A stretch of DNA of 63,791 nt, filler included, from Phoronis australis (taxonomy: Eukaryota; Animalia; Phoronida), in the NCBI GenBank assembly GCA_002633005.1. It is 5 parts of 5 records of this genome, joined end to end, with 100 filler letters (N's around TTAATTAATTAA, not from the genome) between each part and the next. Parts side by side here need not be neighbours in the genome. Positions count along the whole stretch, not along the records: positions 46,022 to 54,242 come from NMRA01000692.1; positions 54,343 to 58,988 come from NMRA01002528.1; positions 59,089 to 63,791 come from NMRA01002508.1; 2 more parts are not named here. One strand, written 5' to 3'. The position numbers and the translations under genes are program-made. Below are positions 49,301 to 62,155 of this stretch, in pieces; position 1 is the stretch's first letter, and each line of letters opens with the position of its first letter. The notes beneath the pieces are model-generated. The model saw only the letters and a list, made by a program, of their open reading frames with translations, did not search any database and was not told the origin of the DNA.

Positions 49301-52300
49301 TCATAAGTGATAAGGAGTTTGACAGTTTTTCCAAAATCCAACAAATTATTTCCAAATTTGGTAGAGAATAAACTACGCACAACAGTGTCTGGCCTTATTT
49401 TGACTGATTCAGTCAAAAATCACATAAGAAATTATGTTTTAGGCTCTTAAAGGGACATTGTTGGTGAGCAAACTGGTTTTGTGAGATCAGCCTAAGTGTG
49501 AAATCAAACGTGCAGCCCCCCATGGTATAATGCAGCCCCATGGTTATATGCAGCCCAACCCCATGGTCTAATGGAGCCCCATGGTCTAATGCAGCCCCAA
49601 TGGTCTAATGCAGCCCCCATGGTCTAATGCAGCCCTCATGTTCTAAGGTAGCCCCCATGGTCTAAGGCAGCCCCCCATGGTCTAATGCAGTCCCCAGTGG
49701 TCTAATGCAGCCCTCATGGTCTAAGGCAGACCCCCATGGTCTAATGCAGCCCCAATGGTCTAATGCAGCCCCAATGGTCTAATGTAGCTCTCATGGTCTG
49801 ATGCTCTGCTGGCGGAGCTAAATCCCACATGATAAATGGCAGAGTATTTATTAATAATTGCAATGAACTAGTTAAGTCACAGAGAGAGTTTGGCATACAA
49901 TGGCAAAAACTGACAATGTAGTTGAAGAACAAAAACAATGGATTTTGTTATTTAATAGTTCTAGACAGAGCTAATAACTTAAAGAAGTCTATCCCATCCA
50001 ACAATAAATACAATATTGAGTTTTTTGGCTGCAAATATTTGTGAATGTCACATACTATTGCAAATGACTCTTCTTCCTCATCATCATCTGAGGTCACACC
50101 AGAGGTCACATCAGAGGTCACATCAGAGGTCACACCAGAGGTCATATCAGATGTAGTTTGCTGATGGGTGTCGGGAACTCTTGCAAACTTTAACTGCATT
50201 CTGTCTTTCCTCCTATGCTCCTGACGCGACCTTGTCCAAATGCTGCCACCTGGTGGCTTAGTGTGATCGCCGTTGTGGTGCACTTGGGATGCGCGTCTGT
50301 TGGAATTAACTGCTTTTGATGGATGTGAAACCTTGTCAGGAGGAACTTTAAGCAATTTTGCACGTTGCCTTGTTGTGACCCTGAATTCCGCCATCTTTTC
50401 ATCTTGGGCAGGTCTTTTTAAAAGTGACGCATGTGTTGTGGTTGTTCTGAAGGATTCATCTCTATGCTTCAGTGATGATCGCAGAAGGTATCTTGTTGAA
50501 CTAATTGAAGACTTTGACTGCTCCAAACTGACATTAGGAGATTGACCTGAGGTTCCAAGTTGGAGTTGGTTTGAGATTGGTGAAGACAGCATGTAGCGAG
50601 TGATGTTCCCATCCGATGATTCACTATCACTCTCATCCTTCATACTAGACTGTTTTGGTGGCANTCAAACCATTCATGTCCACAAATCAACATGTAGAGT
50701 CTTGACTCAAACCATTCATGTCCACAAATCAATATGCAGTCTTGACTCAAACCATTCATGTCCACAAATCAACATGTGGTCTTGACTCAAATCATTCATG
50801 TCCACAAATCAACATGTTGAGTCTTGACTCAAACAATAATTGTCAGTTCTTTCCAAACCCAGACATTGATTAATGAACAATTTAAGAACAATTTCATAAA
50901 CATAAAAGATCTAAATTAAAAAAATTTGTGATGGATTAACAGCATTTGATTGACAAGGAGTTGACCTGGACCCAAGTTAATTAGGCATCGCACACCAATC
51001 GTCAGATGGGGCTGAAACTCACTTGTAGTCAACTCCACAGGAACACATCCCGCAAAGGGTTTAGAAGATACAGTTGTGGACGCAAAATGAAAAAAAAATC
51101 CTCACTAGGGGCGCCAAAGAAGTCAAAGATGCCCAAAAATCAATGCCAATCCTCATCAGAAACACACCTGCGAATTTTCACCATTGGCATATAGAACGGC
51201 AGATGCCAAAAACACAAACTCGATTTTCATTAAAAAACGGCCACTAGGTAGCACAGATTCGTCAAAGACATCTGAAAATGTAAAGGTGTTGTCGCCTTCA
51301 TAGTAGAAACCTTTGTGCCAATTTCATTCAAATCCATCCATGAATTACAAAGATACAGGCAAAGGTAAGATCTAAAATTGCCAATAAGGGGTACAGCTGT
51401 AGTTGGATTCGTCTGAGTCTTGATCATCCATCATTAGCTTCAAAGGAACACACCTGCCAAATGTCATTAAGGTGCTGCTGTGGACGATGGATGCCAGACG
51501 CACAGACAGAGATGACAACAATATGCACTCACATTATGAAAATTTGGGCGCATAATAATGAAGACTAATTATTCTCTAAAAATCAATGATATGTGCGCAG
51601 ACCAAAAGTGTTCTAGTTGTTAAGTTCCTCAACGCACAACCATGAGCCTGTGGCTTTAACTTCCCAATTTTTCTGAGTTTGTATCTCAAGACCTGAGGAA
51701 TAGTTTGTTCCGATCACGTCTCACTCACTAGGACTCATCTTTGCTTTAACTAGCCCGAAGAAAAAGTGAACAATACTTGTACATGACTATATAACACAAA
51801 CCTCATTCCAGCCTCCAACGCACAGTCTAGTCCCTATAGAGGGGCCGTCTAGTCCCTATATAGGGGCCGTCTAGTCCCTATATGGGGCCATTTAGTCTCT
51901 ATATAGGGCCCTCTAATCCCCATATAGGGGCCGTCTAGTCCCTATGTAGGGGCCGTCTAGTCCCTATATAGGGTCCGTCTAGTCCCTATATAGGGGCCGT
52001 CTAGTCCCTATATAGGGGCCGTCTAGTCCCTATATAGGGGCCGTCTAGTCCCTATATAGGGGCCGTCTAGTCCCTACAAAGACGTGTAATCATGAACAGT
52101 AATGTGAACAACAACATAATGACTTTCCCATATTCCAGAGGTCAAGGTTCACATTTGGGGAGTTAACGGCTAATTCAATAATTATGAAACACTATGTTTT
52201 TGCAGAAGGGGGAAATAATTGGTCTATTTAGGCAGCCTACTCAGGGTACATAATCTTTCTCCCTCATAGACCTCAAGGGAGTTCTCATAAAAACAGAGTC

Positions 52301-53582
52301 CTTTTTTAAATAGCCCAAATCTTTTCTCATAAAAAATAGTAAAAGATTATTCTTCGCCTTGTTGAGTGAGCCAGACTTCATTGCTAAGTTACAAGACATC
52401 ATTTCTATGGCCAATCCTGAGCCAGAATAGATTGGACCCATCTAGTAACTGCTATGGCATCAGTCTACACAAACACTTAAAATATCTATAATGTTACTTA
52501 CTCATCAGTGGAAGGTACATATTCCACCTCCAAAAGATAAGCTTGAATGGTGAACCTGCGAGACTGGTTCAGGTAAAGTTTCTGGACAGCAGAGCACAGT
52601 GTTTCACAAGGAGTTACCTGACAACCAAGAGCAGATGATTTACATAGTAAGCCATGCCTTAGTATGATACACAGAAGATGATTTATCGTAATCTATTTTG
52701 CCCGGGGTACGGCACGAGCTATGTTGCAGAGTAAAACAAGAGGAGGATTGCGAATATTGTCACTTATTATGACGTAAACAGATAAAACTAACTAAGACTC
52801 TGCAAGATGGGCATGGACAAAACGCCCACCTGCGTATATAGTAAGCCATGCCTTGACATGATACGTAGCAGAAATTTTTATAAGTACATTTCACCTTGAT
52901 TGCTATAGATTGTGTGTATGGAAGACATGTCTTTTAGAGCATTTTCAGTGTGATGAAACTGAGAATTTAACTGGAATGACACCGATGTAGCAAACAGAAC
53001 ACGGCAACACTCAGCTGAGCTTCGGTGAAAAAGTCTCTTACCTACACTTAACCATGACATTCTCATCGACAATACTTTTTCCCCGTAAATGTTATTTTTA
53101 TCATGAACTGCACTGCTTTTCAAAGAGGCTTAGCAGTTCTTTTCTTATGGACATATTTCTATTCTCATAACCACAGCTAGGAATACAATGAGTCTTGGTA
53201 CATTTTACACCTGTTTACTTATACAGTGAGTGCTAGAAACTCTTTTTCACAAAAATTATTTATAAGTAAAGAACAGTGTTCAAGCCAAGATTAATGCAGC
53301 TTGTGATAAAAGAGTGCTTTTGACAATGTCCATCAATGAGAAGGTCCTTAGTGTTAGTGAGAGAATACATTAAATTGCTTGAACCTCCAGCTGGTTTTCT
53401 TCATCAAATGCAGCCGTAAAGTCCCGGAGTTTGGTTGGCAGTGGTGGATATGCAAAGTAGCCCCCTATGCTCAGCTGACTGTAGCGTTGACGACCCTCAT
53501 TAGTTTGGGACCAGTCCACTATCCTCTGATAATAGGGGTGGGCAGCATATGGCTTGTCAATGTGATATCCAGCGGTATATAC
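46331..53582 (-). CDS. RADX: RPA-related ssDNA-binding protein RADX (CXorf57)-like, 3' portion (5' exons missing or beyond gap)
   Basis: Exons 53582-53385 (VYTAGYHIDKPY...IGGYFAYPPLP), 52617-52502 (LYLNQSRRFTIQAYLLEVEYVP), ~50663-50056 (S/T/R-rich; 5' end at an N), 49060-48871 (IFPRVLSDGNAAFLKQEF) and 46725-46331 (GEGYFKVTLLSLD...VVCVLDAYCY...ELVLNRGF). GT-AG sites, with compatible phases where both sides are visible. Motifs match my recollection of vertebrate RADX in the same order; confirm by BLASTP. Confidence 0.75.
46914..48113 (+). mobile_element. Helentron/HINE-like non-autonomous element with degenerate internal repeats (intronic)
   Basis: Starts AACAAGAG; recurring CCACTAGG(G/A)G-GTGC and C(A)AA(T/C)TTTATGAAAAT motifs; related element at 50950-51560. 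Confidence 0.4.
48114..48538 (+). repeat. 54-bp minisatellite (8 units)
   Basis: Unit AGAACACAACATACACATGTCAAGAAGTACAAGTGTTTGATATCTCACCTCCTT. Confidence 0.95.
48700..48905 (-). repeat. ~55-bp tandem repeat overlapping a RADX exon 3' end and donor site
   Basis: AATATTGCCTGCAAT(T/C)CTCTGTATAGGTAAACCAAGGGATAATGATC... about 3.5 copies. Confidence 0.85.
49510..49800 (+). repeat. 19-21-bp minisatellite
   Basis: CATGGTCTAATGCAGCCCC repeated about 14 times. Confidence 0.95.
50665..50835 (+). repeat. ~42-bp minisatellite
   Basis: TCTTGACTCAAACCATTCATGTCCACAAATCAACATGT.. x4. Confidence 0.9.
50950..51560 (+). mobile_element. Helentron/HINE-like element
   Basis: Same internal repeat motifs as 46914-48113, followed by a GACG/GACA-type microsatellite relic near the 3' end. 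Confidence 0.4.
51826..52076 (+). repeat. 22-bp minisatellite with internal palindrome
   Basis: GTCTAGTCCCTATATAGGGGCC x ~11; CCCTATATAGGG is self-complementary. Confidence 0.95.
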
Positions 53583-54838
53583 CTACAACAAAAACACAAG
53601 ATGCACTTTAAGGCAATTCTTAACATACTGGAATTTCCGTAGATAAGCTCATGGATGGGTATTCGGAAAATGAAAATTTTCAGACGTTTTAGCAACACTA
53701 AATAAATCCCTGGACGTTTATTCGGAAAAGGGGGCGTTGAATGGAAAGTCTTAGTTTTGCTTGACCTGACACTCTTTTGCTTAAAACTGCGTCTTTAAGT
53801 TTTTTGTTTAGTTTGCCAACGCCTTGTTTGTTGACGATAAATGCTCCACAAAACAAAATTTGGGCGTGTACTTGGCATAATGTTCCGAATAAACGCCCGT
53901 GTGCTTATCTATGGGAAACCCCGGTAGGAGGCAGGTATTAAAAGGTTTTCAAAAAATTCAGTCATGACCTGAACATTCCAGAAATAAAGTGAAAGTCCAT
54001 AGCAGATGACGTAAAACTAGCCAAAGATTTTACTTCAAAATTTCGATGATTTTATGACAAGACATTAGGTAGCGGTAATTACATGCAAATGCAGGATGTC
54101 AATAGGTAACTTACTTCAAAGATAAACAAAAGTAAACAATATGAATCGTGATACAAAAACATCAAAACAATATCCTTACAGTGAATGCTAAAAATGGTTG
54201 AACAAAATTCCATCTCCGTGCCTGACAAGTTGTTAGGAAGCGNNNNNNNNNNNNNNNNNNNNNNNNNNNNNNNNNNNNNNNNNNNNTTAATTAATTAANN
54301 NNNNNNNNNNNNNNNNNNNNNNNNNNNNNNNNNNNNNNNNNNTTTCCACGGAAATAAAAGTCCCAATGTCCAACCCGCACTCGGAGAAACTTAGTGTGAT
54401 GACAAGAACTTTGAACCATAAACAGACAACTAACGAGACACCGCGATCCACCGGAGACATGTCTGAGTAGTACGTACATTATGTAAAGCGTAGGTTAAGT
54501 AAGGATTGCTTAGAAACCCGAACCTTAAACACTGGGCAAACTTGACTGCCGCATCACGTCAAAAGCTTACTTTATTCAACACTTGAGACGTAACTAATGC
54601 GCGATAGTCACAGTGATGACATACTTGTCAGTATCCAGTGAATACTTTTTTCTGGAACGGCTGTGGACCCAGAAATGGTGTACACAGAAGGTACTTTTCT
54701 TAAGCAAGAACTTGGCAATTAAACAACTTGTACAAGGTTACATTAATTCGGATTTCTAGTCGACTCGATAGCTGAAGTGGAACACTGGTAGAAACGCTCG
54801 TGGATGGTATTTTGAAAAATTCTGGAAAGTGAACCTAC

Positions 54839-57672
54839 CAGGCTGCATCTCAACGTTCACCAACGGAAGTATTTTCTCCAGTTCTTTCACGTGCACGGGT
54901 TCAGCTTGCCTCTGGGAACCTACGTACACGTGATCTAGACGGCCACATTTGTGGGAGCTCTTTAAGACCTTAAGGATGCAAATTTCAAACCACATGTGAT
55001 AAATTTATCAATATTCAATGATAAACAAGCACAAGACTTAGATGAAGACACCAGCGAGTTTTGAGTACCATTTGGATGAGAACTCATTCTTAAAAGGTAA
55101 AGTCTAAAGGTGACCCCATATTGGTTGGAATCTTCGAGTTGAATAGTGACGCTTTGCCTGTGCTGCCCCCTGTTGTCAGTGAGTTGTCGGAGTGCATTTA
55201 TTCCAAGTGTTGTGGTCAAAAGCATTTCAAAAAGTCTGTGACTACCTTAAGCCCAATGTCTGACGTCAACAGGCCACTGTCTGACGTCAACAGGCCACAG
55301 TCTGACGTCAACAGACCACAGTCTGACGTCAACAGACCACTGACTGCATTGGATATGTTGCAGTGTAAACTCATTTGAATAGCCCTAATTTAAAATGTCC
55401 AAAGTCTCATGACAATCAAAATCATTCCAAGAATACTAGCTATGCATTTTCTTTTACCACACAACACTATGCAAAACAGGGCATACAAAAATTGTATCCC
55501 TCACTAAGTGAAGCACTTAACGGTCACGTACAAACCTGTAAACACCCGTTTCTCGTAGTGCATGGATCGAGCGATATGAATACGGTTAACATGTCTGGGT
55601 TCAGGAATCCATTGTCGTACCAGTACCTGTGGAATTTTGATTATGGAAATCATTGCACGCCCTAACACTGTGGCGGATCTAAGGAGGGGAGTTTAACCCC
55701 TCAGGAGTCACGCCAGCACAATAAGCGCCAACTTACCGGCGCGTGACTATTGAGACTTGGTTCCCCCTAGTAAACAAAGTCGTAGATCCGCCGTTAACAC
55801 GTTTGTTTGATATTACCGGTATCAATGCCTTTATATTTTGTTCTAATAAAATCAGACGGTGATGTTTGTGTCAGTTATGTAGATAACATTACGGCGTTTC
55901 CCCGTTGCTCCCAACTTGTTAGATTCTATAGCCCAATAACAAGTTGGGAAGTTTACCCCTGTAGCCAATATCTTACACGACTGATTAACTCCGTTCTGGC
56001 ATTTAGGGTTGGAGGGCCAGCTCTCTTTTGTTCGATAACTGCTCTAATTTCCAGTTAGGAACGTATCTACCCTGACTGGGCTGTGCTGTTAAAAATAAAA
56101 GTTAAGTTATAACATATTTCAACATAAACCAATAGCATTTCTGAAATCTTCGTCAAATGGTGATCATGTTTTGTTTTTGAATCGCCAAAATCGCCCAACT
56201 GCAACCGAAGTTACGACAATCTATTCTTTCCGAATCCCACCAATTCACTCTGAGTTTGACTGTGTTCACACGTGGTTTGTGATAAGCCTGGTAGATAATT
56301 GGCCTGCTTGTTGTCAAAACAGACAAAAGAGTGTGCTTGGCAATCAACAAAGAAGCTAGATGTTATCTCACGTTCAGAACTCCCTACGTCTGGTAATGTC
56401 ACTGAACGGGAAAACGCTGTCACGAACTATTTCTGCCTTGCACGTGCGAGGTCACTAAAGGAAGGCATTGCAGAAGAGGCGAACTTCCATTTTCTGGGCA
56501 TGTATCGAAATCTTTGACGAAAGTTATTTTCTCGCGCCGATAAATTAGATTCGACTGTCTGAGTTAAAATCGTTGAATCATTGCTCAGTTTACTTGTGTN
56601 NNNNNNNNNNNNNNNNNNNNNNNNNNNNNNNNNNNNNNNNNNNNNNNNNNNNNNNNNNNNNNNNNNNNNNNNNNNNNNNNNNNNNNNNNNNNNNNNNNNN
56701 NNNNNNNNNNNNNNNNNNNNNNNNNNNNNNNNNNNNNNNNNNNNNNNNNNNNNNNNNNNNNNNNNNNNNNNNNNNNNNNNNNNNNNNNNNNNNNNNNNNN
56801 NNNNNNNNNNNNNNNNNNNNNNNNNNNNNNNNNNNNNNNNNNNNNNNNNNNNNNNNNNNNNNNNNNNNNNNNNNNNNNNNNNNNNNNNNNNNNNNNNNNN
56901 NNNNNNNNNNNNNNNNNNNNNNNNNNNNNNNNNNNNNNCCGGTCTTTGCCTTCTGATCAAGGAAACGTCACTCACCCGTAGTCTTGATGCCACACGTGCT
57001 GCCCTCCCACGGCTGCGTCTTTCATCATCATCTTAGTGTGGAAATGGGACACCCTTCCGCCAAGGAGCTAAAATGTGAAGGCATCATGACACAACAGTGA
57101 TACGACGAAAACTGAAACGGCGACCGCCTGTGGCTACACCCTGCGAGTCAGTTGGCGTTGAGATCTACCCAGCGTAAGGAAATATTGCGTAACGTATTTC
57201 TGCTCTGGGTTACACGGAAACCGTTTCAACTATAGTTTAACGAACAATTGTAAACGGCTTTTCACAAATTTATCATTTTGAAATTTCAAAAGTGTTTGAA
57301 GTTCCCAGTATTCAGTGCCCTGTGATACATGTATACGTAGCAAAATTGACAGCTTTGTCAGTTCGAGACCATCACCTCAGTGCTACTACGCTCGACGAGT
57401 ATCCGACAAATCGTCTCGTGCAGCAAACAGTGCTTGGATTTTTAATTGTGAGTCGCAGCATAATTTGATGTCGCTATTTTTGGAAAAAAAAAACGCCGTG
57501 CACGTTTTATTGGAAATTTGCACTCGTAAACGTATTTAAGAATAAACTGACGCTACAAAACCTGTTCCGACGTTGAGGCCACTTTCTCGCAACGTGCCAC
57601 CATTCCAGTGATGTCATTTCCGGGATACTTCCATAGGCACATTCTGACTTTCTTTCCACATCCATCATCGAG
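54839..57672 (-). CDS. PhyH-family 2-oxoglutarate/Fe(II) dioxygenase (ectoine hydroxylase / proline hydroxylase-like), internal 4 exons
   Basis: Exons 57672-57562 (LDDGCGKKVRMCLWKYPGNDITGMVARCEKVASTSEQ), 57067-56976 (LLGGRVSHFHTKMMMKDAAVGGQHVWHQDYG), 55626-55536 (YWYDNGFLNPDMLTVFISLDPCTTRNGCLQ) and 54968-54839 (VLKSSHKCGRLDH...VEMQPG). GT-AG introns, phases 0/2/0/1; HxD iron motif present. First and last exons not found (assembly gaps on both sides). Confidence 0.88.
55258..55341 (+). repeat. 21-bp tandem repeat x4, each unit with a perfect CRE palindrome TGACGTCA
   Basis: TGACGTCA at 55261, 55282, 55303 and 55324. Confidence 0.9.
55887..56425 (-). repeat. Inverted copy of the 27127-27620 dispersed repeat (dioxygenase intron)
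   Basis: Reverse-complement similarity over ~500 bp. Confidence 0.8.
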
Positions 57673-59561
57673 CTGCAATAGTGTATGTATCAACAAAACA
57701 ACGTCACTTGTTCATAACCATTAAGTCGCCACATCACCAACCGGAAAAATAAACGATCCTGGTTGTTCATCTCACTCAACAAACACTGGGAAGCTCGCCA
57801 AGCAATGAAATTGCGTTCTGTTAACTGAATGGTAAATGTTTGATGAATAGTTCAGTCAAATATTCCGTTCTAAGCCTACATGAATTGCAGACAAAAATTT
57901 ATTTAAAAAAATGCACTATCCCTATACTGTGGCTAATCGGTTGGAGCAGAGAACTATCCAGTTTCTAAGTTGGCAACAGCTTCGGCGCCTAAATATAAAG
58001 CGTAGTTTTGTGGCACATATTGTTGCACGGGCGTTCTGGGCACCCGGTGCATATTGTCGCACCCTATCGCCCGTGTGTGACAATATATGCTGTCACATTG
58101 TGATGATACATGAGGAGGCTTTCGTTACAGTTTTGTTGTCATTGTTTAATTCAAAATCAAGCTCTTTGGGGTTCAAAACATTAATTTATCATGCTCATCT
58201 GCCCCTAAATTGTTGCTAAATGAGGCGGCAACTTTAGTCATGAGGCAATGCGTGTGCGCCATTTTCAAATTGTAATTTTAGGTTGGACATCTTCAAAAAA
58301 ACTTAAAATGTAGACGGTATTGATATTCTTTTTGGTAAAGGAAACCAAGTAATTTTTGTTTCTAAAACACCCAGATGGCGCAAGGGTAGATATTTTGGCA
58401 ATTATACTCCCAAATTTTATCCAGTTTCGAAAAACCAGCCAGTTTACTGGAAACGGCTGCTTGGTGGTTCTGCGCTGGATTACAGGTTCTCTGTAGTCGG
58501 GACTGAGATCACTTCTATCGGTTTCCTGAAGCTCAATGGTCTAGTGTCGGAGTACTTTACTGACAACTGAAAGGTGCCAGATTCAACTCCCTATGCACCA
58601 GAAAAAAACAGTCCAAGTGGTCATCATGAGTGAATCTGATATCCGTGCTCGTTCTTCGAAGAACGTTACTAACGATCGTAGAAACCAAAGATTTTATAGT
58701 AACCTAAGCTTGGGATGTAGCATTTTGGTAGAAACTGACCGACCGTACGGCGTGCCAATGTAAAGGTTAGATGATGTGGAAACAGACCACTAGATGTTAT
58801 AGAAACGATGTTGAACAAGCTGAGGCAGACGGCATATAGACCACGTGTAACTGCAAGTGGTTCAAGTGGATGTTGAGCGGGTGGCTTGTGTCCTTACACA
58901 TACCGCACACAGGTGGATAGTTGCCAATAAAGCTATTAGGCCACGCCTTCCATAGTTACTGCTACCCACAAACTCCAAGCGACTACGGNNNNNNNNNNNN
59001 NNNNNNNNNNNNNNNNNNNNNNNNNNNNNNNNTTAATTAATTAANNNNNNNNNNNNNNNNNNNNNNNNNNNNNNNNNNNNNNNNNNNNGCTTAAAGGTTT
59101 TAAAAAACATAAGAATATACTGTTTACGACAGAAGAAGTGACCGCGAATAGTGAAACTAGGACGAAAATAGTAAACAAGACAGGAATAAAAGACGTCCAT
59201 TCAGCTTCGTGACAATGTATTCTGAACTAATAATCAAGGTCGCCAAAAAGTGGCGGTACAACAATATTACCAAAAGGTGGCAGCATCAATCCGACTCAAT
59301 TTAAACTAAACTAGATTCTGAGCTTAAAAACAAGTTTCAACATATACAGAATACATCTGGCCGCCAACTGGTCACTAGACAACACTAGCATAACATGGGA
59401 TGACTATGTCAACAGGTAAGACTACACCATTGTCTTCAAGGTATCGGCACTACAGACATTGTGTCCTTCATTAATGTGTTGTCATATGACAGTTTACACT
59501 TCCATTAGTTTCTGAACAATGCTGTGGTCAACTGTAAACTGGAATACGCCACCGTCTTAAA

Positions 59562-62155
59562 CAGGGCTTGGAATGACTCATGGCAAAAAAGAGGAAATTT
59601 TTACGGCCCGGTGGCAGATTTATGTTTTCAATAAGGGGGGTTTAAAGACTCGCGTGAATCCGAGACCCGTAGCGCCGAAGGTCTGGAGAGGGTCCCCCCC
59701 TCCCATGTAAGATGTTTTTTAGTGTTTGTAGATGATTTCGTTTTTTTCATTTTCATTTTTGATACCCCGTCCTGGGGCGGGGGGNAGGAGTCATCCTTTC
59801 TCTTAGCTGCGAGTAGTTTCTTCACAACTTCACCGTAAAAACAAGTAGAGTTTGTCAGATGGTTTGCCTCGTTATGCAAATCAAGTTTAAGCAGACTTTT
59901 GGCACCACCTTGCAGCATTTCTGATTTAATAAAACATCCCAAATACTCCTTCATAAGATCCTCTTGTCTGTTGTGAAGTTCATGTATTTTTGGTTGAGTC
60001 TGCTGAAAGTATTTCATGTAGTCATGGAATATTGTGAGAATTGACGCAAAAAATGCAGAATGAGTGACGTCTTCTCACGAACAATAAAAATCTTGTCTGA
60101 AAGTCGTCTCTTTCTATCCTTCCCTTCCTTAGTACACGAAGTTAGAGACTTTCTAATGAATTTATCAATTTTACAATATGCAATAGTCTTTTTGTAACTG
60201 TCGAATAAAATTTTGAAAGTGGCATAGAACCTAAAAAAACAAACTAAACAGAAGAAGTTGAGAAAGTGACCTATAATTAAATTTAGTTCTTTTAATAATT
60301 ATATGAAATTTTAGATAAATCAATTCAGAGATGAACTGTAAAACCTGAAATACATACACATTTAATACCAACAAAAAAAATCAACGAAAATGGAATTTAA
60401 GTAAAGACAAAAACCTGTGGCCCAACTATTAGCATGACAAAAAATGAAAATAAAAAACATACCATAAACTATAAATTTATTCTAAGTTGACGTATGTTTC
60501 AAACAATATTAATTACAGGTGTTGATTGTTCAAACCATACAAGGAATAACTACCACAACCATGAAAATCGGCTGGCAGAATTTGTACACATGGCTTAGAC
60601 GACTCAGATAACTAGCACCTGTCACGTGACCGCTTCTCTCCTAAGCTGCAAAGCTCGAGTGGGTCAGTATCAAATACATTTTTACAAACTAAAACATGAA
60701 AAAAGTCGAAATAAATTGGACTACATCAACGCATTCTTAATCATAATTGCATTAACAAAATAACACTTTGTTATTGTATCTCGGCGGCAAGTAGAAAATT
60801 GAAGACTCGGGCCCAGCGGCCAACTTGGTCCGGGTTTGCATGAGGGATCAAACAAAAGAGCTTCACATATCATTCACATCCCACGTTTCCAAGGAACAAC
60901 TTACCAGTTATGGTTGAATTTCCCTTCAGAAAGTGTTTTTCTTTCTTATGCTTCATTGTTTTCAGGTGGTCCTCCAAGGCGACTAGGCCACGCACGCCGT
61001 AATTGATGTCCCCCTGGCAGAGTGTACAATGAGCAAATCCTGACTTTTTTGTTTGCGAATGTATTGACCGATTCTTTCGTCCATTTCTTCCACAAAATAT
61101 TCCGTCCATTCCCACCTCCACACATTTTTGGCCGCAGAATCGCAGTATAGTCCGGATACCTATCGTCGTCAGGCTCCAAAGGTCGTCCGCCATCTTGTTT
61201 CGCGTGCAGCGCAGCCACGCGGGACTCAGCGTTCCAATTTGGAGTGCTCGTCTGCACGTTAGATACTAACCTCTCGGGAGAAACACGCATGGAAGAACTG
61301 AGACTAAAATTAATGCATTTACCAACTGTTTTTTGAGACCTCTTAAAAACGTGTAGATTTTACTAATGCACTTTTTTGTTCATTTGCAGAAGATATTTTC
61401 TAAATTAAAATTTCTTCAGACGGAACAAAAAGCAACCCAGGGATTGTTTATGCAATGTATCTATTTGTCCCAGGCACTAACCGACACCTGTTAGGCCAAA
61501 GGAAAAACGCAGCAGACAAATGGAACACGCTGGGTGCTTAACTGTTTCGGCCCACGCCTTGGTCATCAAAATGTTGTCCACTAGTAAAGCAGTTTGTGGT
61601 TGAAGTAGAATTGCTGTAAACCACTTTCCACTATTTTCTTGGCCTTTTTGTGTGTGGTTTTCTGTTCTTTCAAAAGGCGGCAGCATATGACTACCATAGG
61701 AGTCATTATAAAATGGCTGCCGAAAAGCAATGCACAGTTGAACAACTCGGCATAAGTAAAAGAAAACGTTTGAATCAACGAATACTATGTATTTGTAAGA
61801 GTTAAATCAAATCCTATTCAGATCATAACTTTGAAGTGGAATAATTGGGCGAGTTCGACAACAAGCCGGTTTTATGCTTAGGCGGACGACCATTGGGTTC
61901 CCGAGTATATCTGTCACCGCGATTCACAATTCCACGAGACGCCATTAAAAAAAACGCTATCCCAGATGCCCCGGCAATGATAATTTACGTTCCTCCGAAA
62001 CATAAAGAGCAACTTCCGCTTTCGAGCCGAAAGTCGTCGGGAACGCCGCGGTTAGAAAGAAATTTGCCGCGGAAATTGTATATCGAAACCGATTTACGCG
62101 GAAATATTTTAAAAAAGCGGAAATTTTGCGTTTCCGCGGAAAATTCCAAGCCCTG
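59562..62155 (-). mobile_element. hAT-superfamily DNA transposon (degenerate, gapped) with 6-bp TSD
   Basis: TIR CAGGGCTTGGAAT...ATTCCAAGCCCTG; CTTAAA on both flanks (59556-59561, 62156-62161). BED-like zinc finger AHCTLCQGDINYGVRGLVALEDHLKTMKH (~60950-61040) and transposase relic FQQTQPKIHELH...CFIK (59790-60017). Confidence 0.8.
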
